Source: Trueperaceae bacterium (GTDB taxonomy: Bacteria; Deinococcota; Deinococci; Deinococcales; Trueperaceae). From it: 64,000 bases of DNA. Below the pieces are notes generated by a model. It worked only from the letters and a program-made list of their open reading frames with translations. It was not told the origin of the DNA and made no database searches. Positions 29,081-39,555 of this stretch are shown here, piece after piece. The translations under genes and the position numbers were made by a program. The first letter of the stretch is position 1, and each line of letters starts with the position of its first letter. The stretch covers positions 2,208,001-2,272,000 of the forward strand of contig OZ243956.1 in the NCBI GenBank assembly GCA_965214405.1. The letters are read 5' to 3'.

Positions 29081-31753
29081 CTACCGCTGCTGCGAGGAAA
29101 AGCTCGAGTTCCCCTCTCCGCTCGACCTACGCCGCCATTCGTCAAGCGTGACCCCGCCATTTCCAAAACCGTAGCCCTCATTTTTGAATACCAGCTTGTT
29201 GTCCGTGTGGGCGTAGAAGTTGTGGTCAAACGACGAAGAACTGTAGAGTTTTCTCGCGTTATCCGAGGTTGCCGCAAACCTCCACAGCAGCTGATCACCC
29301 TTGCCCTGAATGACGTTATATTTGAACGACCATTTCTCGGGCAACAAGGTGTAAGCGTGACCAGTCTCGAAGTCCGAATAGCTTCTCGGACCCTGCCACA
29401 CATAGATTTGCTCGTCTTTATTGTTTTCAACCGTGTTTTTCTCGAAGGTCAAGTTCTGTGTGCCGTTGACTTCGAGGCCACCTCGGCCGTTGTTACACAG
29501 GGTGCTGTTGGTGATCTTGATGGGGCCGACGCTCGCCTCGAGCTTGAGGCCGTAGGCGGAGTTGTCGCAGGCGTAGAGTCCGTCAATAACCACATCGGTC
29601 ATGTCAGTGTCGAGCCAGAGCCCATGAGAGTAGTTGCCTACGGCCTTGTGGTTTAAGATGGTGAGGCCGCGCGCGAGGAAGAATTTGTTGTCGTCGCCGT
29701 CGTACGCGCCCGTCCGGCCCCGCTTCTCGCGCCAGTTGTTGTACGAATCCTCGGTATTTTCCCAGCGCAAGTTGCGCGTCTTCCACGCGTCGATGTCGCC
29801 GCCGTTGTTGGTCCAGACAGTGTTGCGGAAGGTAAGGTCCTCAGCGAGCGAGAGGTGGAAGCTGCGGTGGCCGTTCCACTGAACCTTTACGTCCTCGAGC
29901 AGCACGTCCTTTTGGGTCTGAATATGCACCGCCACGGAGACGGAGTGCTGAAACACCAGTCCTTTGAGCACCAGGTCATCGAGTCTGGGGGTCGAAAACA
30001 GCTTTTCACGGACGGCCACTTCGACGGTCGCGCTGGAGAGGTCAGCGCCGCGGGGGGGCTTGACGAAAATCTTGTCGGCGCCTTCATCCACGTAGAACGA
30101 GCCGTCGCTGAGGTCCGACTTGGACAGCGTCTGGTCCAGGTTCTTACCGTTGACCAGAACCATTTCACGCCTGCGGGAGAGCATGGTTTTGCTGCTGTCC
30201 TTCGTTCCTTCAAAGCCCCAATTGTAGGGCCAGCGGTGGCTGCACACGCCCGAGGAGCAGCTCCAGTCCGTCCACACCTCCGAGCCGGAGACGATGGCCT
30301 CGCCCGGGACGACGGATTCAAAGACGATGAGGGGGCCGCTGCTGGCGTAGTAGCGGTCGATACTTTCGCGGTAGGTGCCGGGGTAGACCAGCACGCGCGT
30401 ACCGCGGTTCTTGCTGCGGTTGCTAAGCGCGCGCTTGAAGCCTTCATTAAGCGTCTTTAGGGGCTTATCCGCGGTGCCGGGGTTGCTGTCGGAGCCACGG
30501 TTGATGTCGACGTGGATCTGCTCGAGGTTGTCATATCTGGATGAAGGGGCGGGCGTGACGTTGGCGGCGCTCCCCGGGACGACCGTAAAGGTGAGCGTCA
30601 AGGACGCACCGGCGCTGCCTTTGGCGTAGTTTTCCGAGTAGGGCGTCGCTACCAGTTTATGAGTGCCGACGCTCGGCGTCCACGCCTTGAACTTGTCGCC
30701 CGTGTCACCCGCCACGGCGTAGGGCACGCTGCTCTCAACCCTCACGTTGCCGTCTAGGTCGAAACGGACGCTCTCGGCCCCCGCGGCGTTGGCGCGGATG
30801 TTGAGGTTCTGCGTCTTTAGCGCCTTGAAGTCGAGGATCGCGCCGTCGGGGATGGGGTCGAAACCTGCTATGGGCTGGTTTGTGTCCGCGTTGATAAGAG
30901 AAAGCGTGAGCGATGAGGGCGCGCTCCCGCTCGCCTTGTCGCCAACTGTAAAGGACGCGCTGACCGCCTGCTGTCCCTTGCTTGTGGAAAAGACCGCCGT
31001 GATGGTGTGTTTGCCGCTACTCAGCTTGCGTGTGTCAAAGGCGTTGGCCTCGCCGCTCTGGGCTGTGCCCGCGAAGTCAAAAAATGCGTATCTCTCGCTC
31101 TGCTGTGGCGTGCCGGAACGCTTGGGGTTGTCGAGGTAGTATTCAACTTGTGAAGCAGGCGCTTGCGGCACCAGATAAATGTAAGCGTTCCCCGCAACCG
31201 TCCGGCCCTCGAGCGGATTTCCGCCTAAACGAGAGGGCGTATCGCTCACGAGCAGCGCGTCACTCCACTTGCCGCTGTTGTTGACCAAAAAGGTCGAGGT
31301 TGCCACCCGCGTTTTCCCGTCGCTCAGGCTAAACACGCCAGTAACGGTGTGAACACCGTCTTTAAGTTTGGACGTGTCGAGCGCGTTGGCGGCGTCGCCC
31401 GAGGCCCCGGCAAAATCGAAGGGAGCGCTCTGCTCGGTTTGCTGAGGTGCCCCCGAGTGTTGAGGGTTGTCGAAGAAAAAGTCAACCTTCTTGATGCCAC
31501 TGGTTTGCGCGGTGAAAACGTAAATCTTTCCCGACACGACGGCCGTGTCTAGAACGCCCGGCGCCGCGCGGTTGGCGGAGCGACTAAAGACAAAATCCCT
31601 GACGATGGCTTCGGGCTCCACCTCGAGCGGCGCGCTCTGGGTTCCTCCGCACGCAGCGAGAAGAAGGGTCAGAGCTGCCAACAGCGCAAAAAAAGAACTC
31701 AATCTTGCGTTGGTAACCCGGTGAACTTTTTTGTGACCTGATGGGTGTTTCAA
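29081..31753 (-). CDS. lipoprotein with three Ig-like repeats and a right-handed parallel beta-helix domain (paralog 1)
   Basis: Lipobox LLAAC; repeats with APFDFAG/FFDFAG...DTxKL..GxHT; IHVDINRGSDSNPGTADKPLKTL, VYPGTYRE, GLWLD, Asn-ladder repeats. Confidence 0.8.
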   Translation of the reverse strand: MKHPSGHKKVHRVTNARLSSFFALLAALTLLLAACGGTQSAPLEVEPEAIVRDFVFSRSANRAAPGVLDTAVVSGKIYVFTAQTSGIKKVDFFFDNPQHSGAPQQTEQSAPFDFAGASGDAANALDTSKLKDGVHTVTGVFSLSDGKTRVATSTFLVNNSGKWSDALLVSDTPSRLGGNPLEGRTVAGNAYIYLVPQAPASQVEYYLDNPKRSGTPQQSERYAFFDFAGTAQSGEANAFDTRKLSSGKHTITAVFSTSKGQQAVSASFTVGDKASGSAPSSLTLSLINADTNQPIAGFDPIPDGAILDFKALKTQNLNIRANAAGAESVRFDLDGNVRVESSVPYAVAGDTGDKFKAWTPSVGTHKLVATPYSENYAKGSAGASLTLTFTVVPGSAANVTPAPSSRYDNLEQIHVDINRGSDSNPGTADKPLKTLNEGFKRALSNRSKNRGTRVLVYPGTYRESIDRYYASSGPLIVFESVVPGEAIVSGSEVWTDWSCSSGVCSHRWPYNWGFEGTKDSSKTMLSRRREMVLVNGKNLDQTLSKSDLSDGSFYVDEGADKIFVKPPRGADLSSATVEVAVREKLFSTPRLDDLVLKGLVFQHSVSVAVHIQTQKDVLLEDVKVQWNGHRSFHLSLAEDLTFRNTVWTNNGGDIDAWKTRNLRWENTEDSYNNWREKRGRTGAYDGDDNKFFLARGLTILNHKAVGNYSHGLWLDTDMTDVVIDGLYACDNSAYGLKLEASVGPIKITNSTLCNNGRGGLEVNGTQNLTFEKNTVENNKDEQIYVWQGPRSYSDFETGHAYTLLPEKWSFKYNVIQGKGDQLLWRFAATSDNARKLYSSSSFDHNFYAHTDNKLVFKNEGYGFGNGGVTLDEWRRRSSGEGNSSFSSQQR

Positions 31754-32053
31754 CTTGCTCTCTCCTTTACCCCGCTTTGTGAAATTTGACAGGGCTTTTT
31801 CCCGGTCAAGGTGACAACACGGTGCGTTTGGGTGGAGAGTGAACTAAGGACACTCGTACCCTCGGCCGGTTGCGCTACTGGCTCCACCTGTTCCAAGCGC
31901 CCAAATTGCGGAACAGGTTTCATAGCCTCCGAGGGGCGGGGTTTCCCCTCAGCTAAAGACAGCTTAAAGGGGGATGACGGGTTGGGTTATAAGAAATCTC
32001 AAATAACCCGTGTGGTTACCGCTCTTTGTGAAAGAGTTAAAATAACAGCTACT

Positions 32054-33703
32054 GTGAAAATCAAAAAAATAGAACTCCGAAATTTCATGAAATTCTCCCA
32101 CCTAACCGTCCAAGGCTTGCCTAAAGATGTCAAGCTTGTCGTCCTCGTAGGACCAAATGGCTCAGGAAAAACATCGCTGTTAGAAGGTTTATACGTCTAT
32201 TTTTATGAGAACGGTGGTGGGAGAGATTTTTATAAAGATGTTTCTTACAGTTCTAACTATATGGAGCCGGAAATTAAATTTCATGATCCCTACCTTTTAG
32301 AAGGTAGCGAGCTCAAGCAGTCCTATAACCACAACTCCAGGGCCTTTTACTTCAGAACTGCACACCGGCACGAGGCCGACTTCGGAACTTCGGAAGTCAG
32401 AGGGCCGGGTAGTATATCCGACGACCACCGCAATCCAAAGAATTTCAATGACCTGGAAGCTCGAGTGTCGCGCAACTATCAAGAGTTGGTTGCAACAGCC
32501 GTTAAAGAACTTTTCAGCGAAGAGAACGCCTCCAAAAAAGTAAAAGATGTGCGTGAGGGGTTGATAGGGCAAGTCAGGTCTTCTATGAAACGAGTTTTCG
32601 ACGACCTAATCCTTCAAGGCGTCGGTATGCCTACCGAAGACGGCACGTTTACTTTCAAAAGAGGGGCGAGCAGAGATTACAGGTACGCAAACCTTTCCGG
32701 AGGAGAAAAGGCGGCCTTCGACCTGCTGTTAGACTTCATTATCGAGAAAGAGGATCATAACGACACGATCTACTGCATCGACGAGCCGGAACTGCACATG
32801 CACACCCGCCTCCAAGGCAAACTTTTAGAAGAGCTTTACACAATTCTTCCCGAGAACTGTCAGCTTTGGATTGCCACACACTCGATAGGGATGATGCGGC
32901 GGGCGATGGAGCTTCACCGCGACAATCCAGGCACGGTGGCTTTTCTCAATTTTGATTCTGAGGTCCATGACTTTGATGAGCCGGTTGTTATGGAACCCAC
33001 CGAACCAGGGCGGCAACTCTGGAAGCACGTGTTTGCGGTGGCGCTTGACGAGCTTGCTGACCTTGTTGCGCCTAGAGAAGTCGTCTTTTGTGAGGGCAAA
33101 CCTGAGCACGAATCTTCTAGGCGCGCTCCCACCTTTGACGCTGAAGTGTACCGAACGATCTTCCAAAACGAAAAGCCTGATACAGAGTTTATACCCTTAG
33201 GAGGAGCGACAGGGATAGAGAAAGACCCTCTTCTAATTATTGGCATCTTTCAAAAGCTTTTTGAGGGAATGCAAACATGGCGCTTACTTGACGGGGATGA
33301 AAGAACAGAAGCGGAGAGAGAAAAGCTCCGGTCAAAGGGAATAAACGTGTTGAGGGTCAGAGACCTTGAGAACTACTTGTGGGCTGACGAAATTATCAAG
33401 AAGCTCTGTACTCAAGAAGGTCTTCCAGAGAAAGCTGGCATTTTGATCGAGTGCAAGAATAAGAAGCTGCGAGAGCTGCCGCAAGAAAAAGCTGATGACG
33501 TAAAGGCTGTAAGGGACTCTCTTTGGGCTAAATTCAAGAAGGAGTTAAATCTCGACCCGGCTCAGAGGGGAAATTCGCCCGAAGCTTTCGCGCGACAAAC
33601 ACTTGCGCCGCTAATCACGCCAGACACTAAGGTGTACAAAGAACTCGAGAAAGATATCCTCGGACCTCTTGATAAAGCGCTCGAGCAAAACCACGGTGAT
33701 TAA
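32054..33703 (+). CDS. OLD-like ATP-dependent nuclease (ABC-type ATPase plus TOPRIM-like domain)
   Basis: KIKKIELRNF, Walker A GPNGSGKTS, signature LSGGEK, Walker B IDEPELHMH, ATHS; then VVFCEG, LDGD, LENYL. Start taken at GTG 32054. Confidence 0.75.
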   Translation: MKIKKIELRNFMKFSHLTVQGLPKDVKLVVLVGPNGSGKTSLLEGLYVYFYENGGGRDFYKDVSYSSNYMEPEIKFHDPYLLEGSELKQSYNHNSRAFYFRTAHRHEADFGTSEVRGPGSISDDHRNPKNFNDLEARVSRNYQELVATAVKELFSEENASKKVKDVREGLIGQVRSSMKRVFDDLILQGVGMPTEDGTFTFKRGASRDYRYANLSGGEKAAFDLLLDFIIEKEDHNDTIYCIDEPELHMHTRLQGKLLEELYTILPENCQLWIATHSIGMMRRAMELHRDNPGTVAFLNFDSEVHDFDEPVVMEPTEPGRQLWKHVFAVALDELADLVAPREVVFCEGKPEHESSRRAPTFDAEVYRTIFQNEKPDTEFIPLGGATGIEKDPLLIIGIFQKLFEGMQTWRLLDGDERTEAEREKLRSKGINVLRVRDLENYLWADEIIKKLCTQEGLPEKAGILIECKNKKLRELPQEKADDVKAVRDSLWAKFKKELNLDPAQRGNSPEAFARQTLAPLITPDTKVYKELEKDILGPLDKALEQNHGD

Positions 33704-33724
33704 CATGTGTGTTGGCAGAACTAT

Positions 33725-33752
33725 AAAAGAGGGCCTGTAAATCAGGCCCTCT
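33725..33752. terminator. intrinsic terminator between convergent genes
   Basis: AAAAGAGGGCCTG-TAAAT-CAGGCCCTCT; similar to the 29024-29053 hairpin. Confidence 0.75.
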
Positions 33753-33776
33753 CTTAAACTTGGTGGTGGCTAAAGC

Positions 33777-35741
33777 TTACCGCTGTTGGGAGGAGAAGCT
33801 CGAGTTCTTCTCTTTGCCCGATCTGCGGCGCCACTCGTCAAGCGTAACCCCAGAGCTGCTAAAACCGTAGCCCTCATTCTTAAACGTCGACTTGTTATTC
33901 GTTTGGGCGTAGCGGTTGTAGTCGAGCGTCGAAGAGCTGTAGAGCTTTTTGGCGTTCGTCGTGTTGGCGGCAAATCTCCACAGTAACTGGTCCCCCCTAC
34001 CCTGGATGATGTTGTTTTTGACTGACCACTTCTCTGGAACCAGGGTGTAGGAGCGGCCGCTCCTGAAGTCGGTGTAGCTCCTCGGCCCCTGCCACACGTA
34101 CATCTGCTCGTCATCGTTGTTCTCGATCGTGTTGTACTCAAAAGTTAGGTTGTGCGCCCCGTTGATCTCGACGCCGCCCCGGCCGTTGTCGCACATGGTG
34201 CTGTTGGTAACCTTTACAGGCCCTATGGTCGCCTCGAGCTTAAAGCCGTAAGCAGAGTTGTTACAAGCGTAGAGCCTGTCAACAACCAAATCTTTCACGT
34301 CGGTGTCAAGCCAGAGGCCGTGCATATAGTTGCCTACCGCTTTGTGGTTGCGGATGGTCACACCGTGCGCGTGGTAGAACTTGCCATCGTTTCCGCTGTA
34401 GTCGCCCGTCCGGCCCCGCTTTTCGCGCCAGTTGTTGTACGAGCCCTCGGTATTTTCCCAGCGCAGGTCGCGCGATTTCCATACGCCCCAGTCACCGCCG
34501 TTGTTGGTCCAGGAGGTGTTGCGAAAGGTCACGTCGTCACCGAGCGAGATGTTGAAACTTTGGTGGCCGTTCCACCTGATACTTACACCGTCAAGCAACA
34601 CGTCCTCTTGGGTTTGTATTTCTACGGCCGGTTTCCAGTGGGAAGAGGCGTGTTGAAACACCAAACCTTTGAGGACCAAGTCATTGAGCCTGGGTGTCCT
34701 AAACAGCGTCTCACGCGTTGACACCTCGACGGTTGTGTTGGAAAGGGTGCCGCCGCTGGGGGGCTTGACAAAGATCTTGTCGGCTCTTTCATCAACGTAG
34801 AACGACCCGGCTTTGAGGCTGGATTTAGACAGCGTCTGATCTAGATTCTTACCGTTGACAATAACCATTTCGCGCCTGCGCGAGAGCGCGCTCTTGCTGC
34901 TGTCGCTGGTCGAAGCCGAGCCCCAGTTGTAGGGCCAGCGGTGGCTGCACACGCCCGACGAGCAGCTCCAGCCCGTCCACACCTCCGCGCCCGAGACGAT
35001 GGCCTTGCCAGGCTCTACCGCCTCGAAGACGATAGGCTTGCCGCTGGAGCTGACGTACCTGTCAATCGACTCGCGGTAGGTGCCGGGATAGACGCGAACG
35101 AGCGTCCCCTTGCCGCTTCTGCGGTTGCTCAGCGCCTTTTCAAGTCCCTTGTTAAGCGTTTTTAGGGGCTTATCCGCGGTGCCGGGGTTGCTGTCGGAGC
35201 CGCGGCTCACGTTGACGTGGATTTGCGCGAGGTCTTTGTACGAAGAAGAGGGGGGCGGTGACCCCGAGGCGCCGCTACCGTTAACCACGTTGAAGGTGAT
35301 CGTCTTCGTTTTACCGGCTTGGCCGCTCGCGTTGGACCCGGAGTAGGCGGTCGCTGTAAGGGTACGTTTTCCTGCGCTCGGCGTCCAGGCAAAATAGTTG
35401 CTTCCGCTGTTGCCTGCCAGGGCAAAGGGTCCATTGTTTTCGGTTCTATAATTTTTATTGCCGTCGAGCCCGAAGCGGACGCTGCCTGCGTTCCCGGCGT
35501 TGGCGCGGATGTTGAGGTTTCGCGTCGACAACTTGCTAAAGTCGAGCGTCGCCCCGTCGGGCATGGGATCAAAACCGCTGATGGGTCTGTCCGTGTCTGC
35601 GTTCATGAGCGTGAAGCTCGAGACGTTGCTGGCCAGAGCGTCTATCTCGGGAGGCTGAGTTTGGCAACCCGCCAAAAGCAGGCTCGCCAGAAAAAACAGT
35701 CCTAAAAAGATTTTTTGATGTTTTGGCATGGGTTTCACCAC
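33777..35741 (-). CDS. lipoprotein with one Ig-like domain and a right-handed parallel beta-helix domain (paralog 2)
   Basis: Lipobox LLAGC; C-terminal ~490 aa closely similar to 29081-31753, with the same ending NSSFSSQQR. Confidence 0.8.
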   Translation of the reverse strand: MVKPMPKHQKIFLGLFFLASLLLAGCQTQPPEIDALASNVSSFTLMNADTDRPISGFDPMPDGATLDFSKLSTRNLNIRANAGNAGSVRFGLDGNKNYRTENNGPFALAGNSGSNYFAWTPSAGKRTLTATAYSGSNASGQAGKTKTITFNVVNGSGASGSPPPSSSYKDLAQIHVNVSRGSDSNPGTADKPLKTLNKGLEKALSNRRSGKGTLVRVYPGTYRESIDRYVSSSGKPIVFEAVEPGKAIVSGAEVWTGWSCSSGVCSHRWPYNWGSASTSDSSKSALSRRREMVIVNGKNLDQTLSKSSLKAGSFYVDERADKIFVKPPSGGTLSNTTVEVSTRETLFRTPRLNDLVLKGLVFQHASSHWKPAVEIQTQEDVLLDGVSIRWNGHQSFNISLGDDVTFRNTSWTNNGGDWGVWKSRDLRWENTEGSYNNWREKRGRTGDYSGNDGKFYHAHGVTIRNHKAVGNYMHGLWLDTDVKDLVVDRLYACNNSAYGFKLEATIGPVKVTNSTMCDNGRGGVEINGAHNLTFEYNTIENNDDEQMYVWQGPRSYTDFRSGRSYTLVPEKWSVKNNIIQGRGDQLLWRFAANTTNAKKLYSSSTLDYNRYAQTNNKSTFKNEGYGFSSSGVTLDEWRRRSGKEKNSSFSSQQR

Positions 35742-36572
35742 CGCCCTTTGCTCTTTACGTTTTTTGGTGGTGAATCAGACCTTTCATAAATGGACCTTCT
35801 ATAAATGCACGACGCTCTACAGATCGTTTTGTGTATCATCAACTTATCCTCTCTTGAGTTCGCAACGCAGTAGAATGAACAATCCTAAGATTCAGGATAA
35901 TCAGCGTGCAAACTCACACACCAGCCTCTAAAATATGATCATGTTGCGACGTAAGACCACCGACTCGACCAGTAGCCATACTCATCACTGGCTGGTTGTG
36001 CTTTTCGCTCCGTCCGCCCTAAGCGCCCAGACTGTAGGTGTGCAGAGCGTAATCTGACTTCCCCCAGGCGAAAATCTATCACCTGCCGTATGAGCTTTAT
36101 GTGGTTTTCATAATAAGCCCAGGGTAAATAGAGGGTGTTTTGACATAAATTGGCCGTGGTGCATGTAAATTTTTACCAAGAACCGCATTCTCATATTAGG
36201 ATTTAAGAAAAAGGATTTCACTTTTCGCCCGCCCTGTTAAGGATAAACTCATTTTCCTCATCCAGAAGCTGACTTTGCGAGGTGCCAAAAAGCCTAGAGA
36301 AATTGTGGGGACAAAATAGCAGGGACGAAACAAATGCTAAAGCAGACGATATTAAGGAAGAGCTAAGGCTCCAATAACGAATCCCGAGCCGTCAAACCGG
36401 GAGGGCGTACAATCGCTACTCGTGTATACTGCCTGTCTTGGCCCAGCCGCCTCAAGGCGGAGATGTTGGTTTTTACTGAAGCGCGTTCGGTAGTTTCCTC
36501 TCTAACGATCTAAAACCTGACACCCAACCTTGTGACGCTCATCCACGCTCCCAACATTTGTAAAGGGGTAGG

Positions 36573-37310
36573 ATGGAAACGATGAAGCGATCCCTAACTT
36601 TTTCGGTGATATTTTTGACACTCGTCCTTTTCGCGTGTAACAACGGCGGAAACGAAGTAGACGCGCTCACACGGGAGCGCGACGCGCTGCAAACGCAAGT
36701 GAGCGACCTCAACGAGCAGATAGCGGCGGCGGAGTCGGGCGGCGCGTTGCAGACCGAGCGGGACGCCTTACAAACCGAGCGAGACACCTTGCAAACGCAG
36801 GCGGGCGAGCTGACGAACCGCGTCAACAGCTTGACCGATCAGCTCACCACGGTGCAGGCGGAGCGGGACGCGCTTGGCGCGCGGCTGGCTCTGCTCGAGC
36901 GCGAAAGCAGCGCCCTTAACAATCAGGTCATCGTGCTGACGGGCGAGCTAGAAAGCAGCAGGCAAGCGGCTTTAGAGAGAAGCGTCGCCCGCGACGCCTC
37001 GCTCGGCAACATCCAGTCAGAACTTCAGGCGGAAGTGAGCGACGTGAGAACGCAGCTAGAGGACCTGAGCAACCTCTTGTCGCAGATAGAGCGCGAGCGC
37101 GACGCCCTGCGCCTCGACGTGGGTGTGGGCGAGGGACTGCTGAGCGCCCAAACGGGCGGCGAGAGAGCCGCGGCAGGTATTGTCGAAAATACACCCGCCG
37201 CGGCCACCGCGACCGTCGACACGACAGATAGGGTTCGCGCGTTGGAGGAGGAGGCCCAGGCGCTCGAGAGCAGAATAAAGTCGACCCTGGGTGAGACCGG
37301 GGGACAGTAG
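36573..37310 (+). CDS. coiled-coil lipoprotein with LQTERDA heptad repeats
   Basis: Lipobox LFAC; repeated (L/V)xxERD(A/T)L heptads. Confidence 0.7.
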   Translation: METMKRSLTFSVIFLTLVLFACNNGGNEVDALTRERDALQTQVSDLNEQIAAAESGGALQTERDALQTERDTLQTQAGELTNRVNSLTDQLTTVQAERDALGARLALLERESSALNNQVIVLTGELESSRQAALERSVARDASLGNIQSELQAEVSDVRTQLEDLSNLLSQIERERDALRLDVGVGEGLLSAQTGGERAAAGIVENTPAAATATVDTTDRVRALEEEAQALESRIKSTLGETGGQ

Positions 37311-37396
37311 GGCGCGCATTATACGAAAGGTTAACCATCCCAAATGAGGTGGCGCGGAGAGTCAAAATTCATTCTCTCCGCGCTTCACCTCGTTAT

Positions 37397-37512
37397 CTTG
37401 TCAACATCGGCGTGGCGAGCGGGACGGCGTTTGAAAATTCGGACAGGTTTCTGGAAAGGCCGACAAAGAGCTTGATGAAGCCAAGTACAGCGAGAAGAAC
37501 CGGGTGTGCTAC
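37397..37512 (+). pseudogene. C-terminal remnant of a GGDEF diguanylate cyclase
   Basis: LVNIGVASGTAFENSDRFLE, then after a frameshift ADKELDEAKYSEKNRVCY. This matches the GGDEF tail TxSIGVA...ADxALYxAKxxGKNRV. Confidence 0.65.
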
Positions 37513-37749
37513 AACCGCGCGCAGGGTTTAGATCGTGTTGGCGTACCGCTCAAGAAGCGCGTCCATCCTTGGACGCTTTGCTCGGTTCCGTCTGTCGGAA
37601 CGACAAACAGGACAAATGCCGGTTTCTGAAATCTTCTTATACCAATTGCCCCTTGAAGCACCATGAACTGAATAGGTCTGAGGGTATGCGCTCACGCGCA
37701 CTTTTCAAACGCGAAAGCGGCGTTTGGAAAGGCACTTGGTATTACTCCC

Positions 37750-39021
37750 CTATTCTGCTTTGACCCTGTCCTCATCAAAATACTCAAACACAGCCCCGCC
37801 AACCCTGACGTCGTCGCCATCCTCCGCGCCCGCCTTTTTGAGAAGCTTGTTCACACCCAGCGCGGCGAAATGGTGCTGCAAGTAGGAGACCGCGTCGCGG
37901 TTGGCGGGGTCAAAGCGCGAGACCAAGGCTTCTAGTTCCGCGCCGCGTACCCGCCAGCCCCCACCGGAGGAGTCGCGCTCGACGCGGGCGTGGTCAAAGG
38001 TGACGCGCTCGGTTTGGGGGACGTGCGGCTCGAGCGCAGGCCGCGCCGGGAGCAGGTTAAAGAGCGCGTCGCGGAGTTCGTCCAAACCTCGCGCCTCGAG
38101 CGCCGACACCGCCAGCACGGGCAGGCCAAAGGGCGTGAGTTTACTCGTTTCTTCGGGAACTTCCGGCGGGCTCGCCAGGTCTACCTTGTTGAGCACGATG
38201 AGGGAGGGCAGCTCGAGCAGCGCCGCGTCATACTCGCGCAACTCTTCTTGAAGAGACTCAAACGTCTTGGCAGGCTCGCCCGCGATGTCTAAAACGAAGA
38301 CCAAAAGGCGCGTCCGGGAGATGTGGCGAAGAAACTCCAAACCCAGCCCCTTGCCCTCGTGCGCCCCCTCGATGATGCCGGGAATATCGGCCAGCGTGAA
38401 ACGCTCCAAATCCCGCTCGACCACGCCCAGGTTAGGGCTGAGGGTAGTAAAAGGATAGGAGGCGATCTCCGGTTTCGCGTTTGACAGGGCCGCCAACAAG
38501 CTCGACTTGCCCGCGTTCGGGTAACCCACCAAGCCCACGTCGGCGATGGTGCGCAACTCCAAGCGCACTTTCCGCTTTTCGCCGGGGGTGCCGTACTCGG
38601 CAAAGCGCGGCGTCTTACGCTGCGCGTTCGCAAAAGACGCGTTGCCGCGGCCTCCGGTGCCACCTCTCGCCAAAAGCGCGCGCTCCCCCACCTCGGTGAG
38701 GTCGACGAGCACCCGGCCCGTATCGCGGTCGCGGGCGGTCGTGCCGACAGGCACCTGGACGACGAGGTCGTCTCCCCCGCGGCCCGCCTTGTTGCGCCCT
38801 TCGCCCTGCCCCCCCGTTTCCGCCTTGTAGAGGCGCTTGCCCACCAAACGGTCGAGCGAGGTCACGTTATCGACGGCCTCCAGATAGACGCTGCCCCCGT
38901 GCCCCCCGTGCCCCCCGTCGGGTCCGCCCTTGGGCATATATTTGAGGCGCAGGAACGACATCCCGCCGTCGCCCCCCTTGCCCGCCTGCACTGTAATATC
39001 GAGCACATCACGAAAAGCCAT
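37750..39021 (-). CDS. obgE: GTPase ObgE/CgtA
   Basis: Gly-rich Obg fold ([14 protein letters not shown]), [25 protein letters not shown]-terminal OCT domain. Confidence 0.97.
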   Translation of the reverse strand: MAFRDVLDITVQAGKGGDGGMSFLRLKYMPKGGPDGGHGGHGGSVYLEAVDNVTSLDRLVGKRLYKAETGGQGEGRNKAGRGGDDLVVQVPVGTTARDRDTGRVLVDLTEVGERALLARGGTGGRGNASFANAQRKTPRFAEYGTPGEKRKVRLELRTIADVGLVGYPNAGKSSLLAALSNAKPEIASYPFTTLSPNLGVVERDLERFTLADIPGIIEGAHEGKGLGLEFLRHISRTRLLVFVLDIAGEPAKTFESLQEELREYDAALLELPSLIVLNKVDLASPPEVPEETSKLTPFGLPVLAVSALEARGLDELRDALFNLLPARPALEPHVPQTERVTFDHARVERDSSGGGWRVRGAELEALVSRFDPANRDAVSYLQHHFAALGVNKLLKKAGAEDGDDVRVGGAVFEYFDEDRVKAE

Positions 39022-39204
39022 TAGACCTCACCACCAAAAGCTGTTGAATTAAATACATAGACCGGGTAGAGCAGGAAATGCGTCAGCGCGAGAAATTAGC
39101 ATCTTAAAAAGTATCGGACATTAAAAATTAGATATTAGAAGAATCCTCGAGAAGAGGTTAACAAGTAGGAGTAAAAGGAGAGGTAGAAAAGAGCAAAAAA
39201 GAGA

Positions 39205-39231
39205 AAGACGCGAGCCTCGAGCCCGCGTCTT
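39205..39231 (-). terminator. intrinsic terminator after rpmA
   Basis: AAGACGCGGGC-loop-GCTCGCGTCTT followed by a T-rich tract on the minus strand. Confidence 0.7.
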
Positions 39232-39249
39232 CTTATGCTCATGAGTTGC

Positions 39250-39525
39250 CTAGTCAGCCGAAACCGCTGGCGCTGCTTGCTCAATGCTAATAAAGCGCCC
39301 GCGGCTGCCCTTGTTGTGAAAGCGCACCACGCCGTCACGCATGGCAAAAAGCGTAAAATCGTTGCCCTGACCCACGTTCTGACCGGGCTTGAACTTGGTG
39401 CCGCGCTGACGAACCAAAATATTACCCGCCGCAACTACCTGACCCTCAAAACGCTTGACGCCCAAGCGCTTCGACTGGCTGTCACGACCGTTTTTCGAGC
39501 TACCTACACCTTTTTTGTGTGCCAT
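39250..39525 (-). CDS. rpmA: 50S ribosomal protein L27
   Basis: [24 protein letters not shown]. Confidence 0.98.
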   Translation of the reverse strand: MAHKKGVGSSKNGRDSQSKRLGVKRFEGQVVAAGNILVRQRGTKFKPGQNVGQGNDFTLFAMRDGVVRFHNKGSRGRFISIEQAAPAVSAD

Positions 39526-39555
39526 TATCCAACCTCCTGCCGAACCGGGCGCGCC

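Noticed and set aside
31811..32053. 81-aa N-terminal extension of the ATPase given by the ORF track
   Set aside because: The family-typical start is (M)KIKKIELRNF at GTG 32054; the upstream stretch is probably the divergent promoter.
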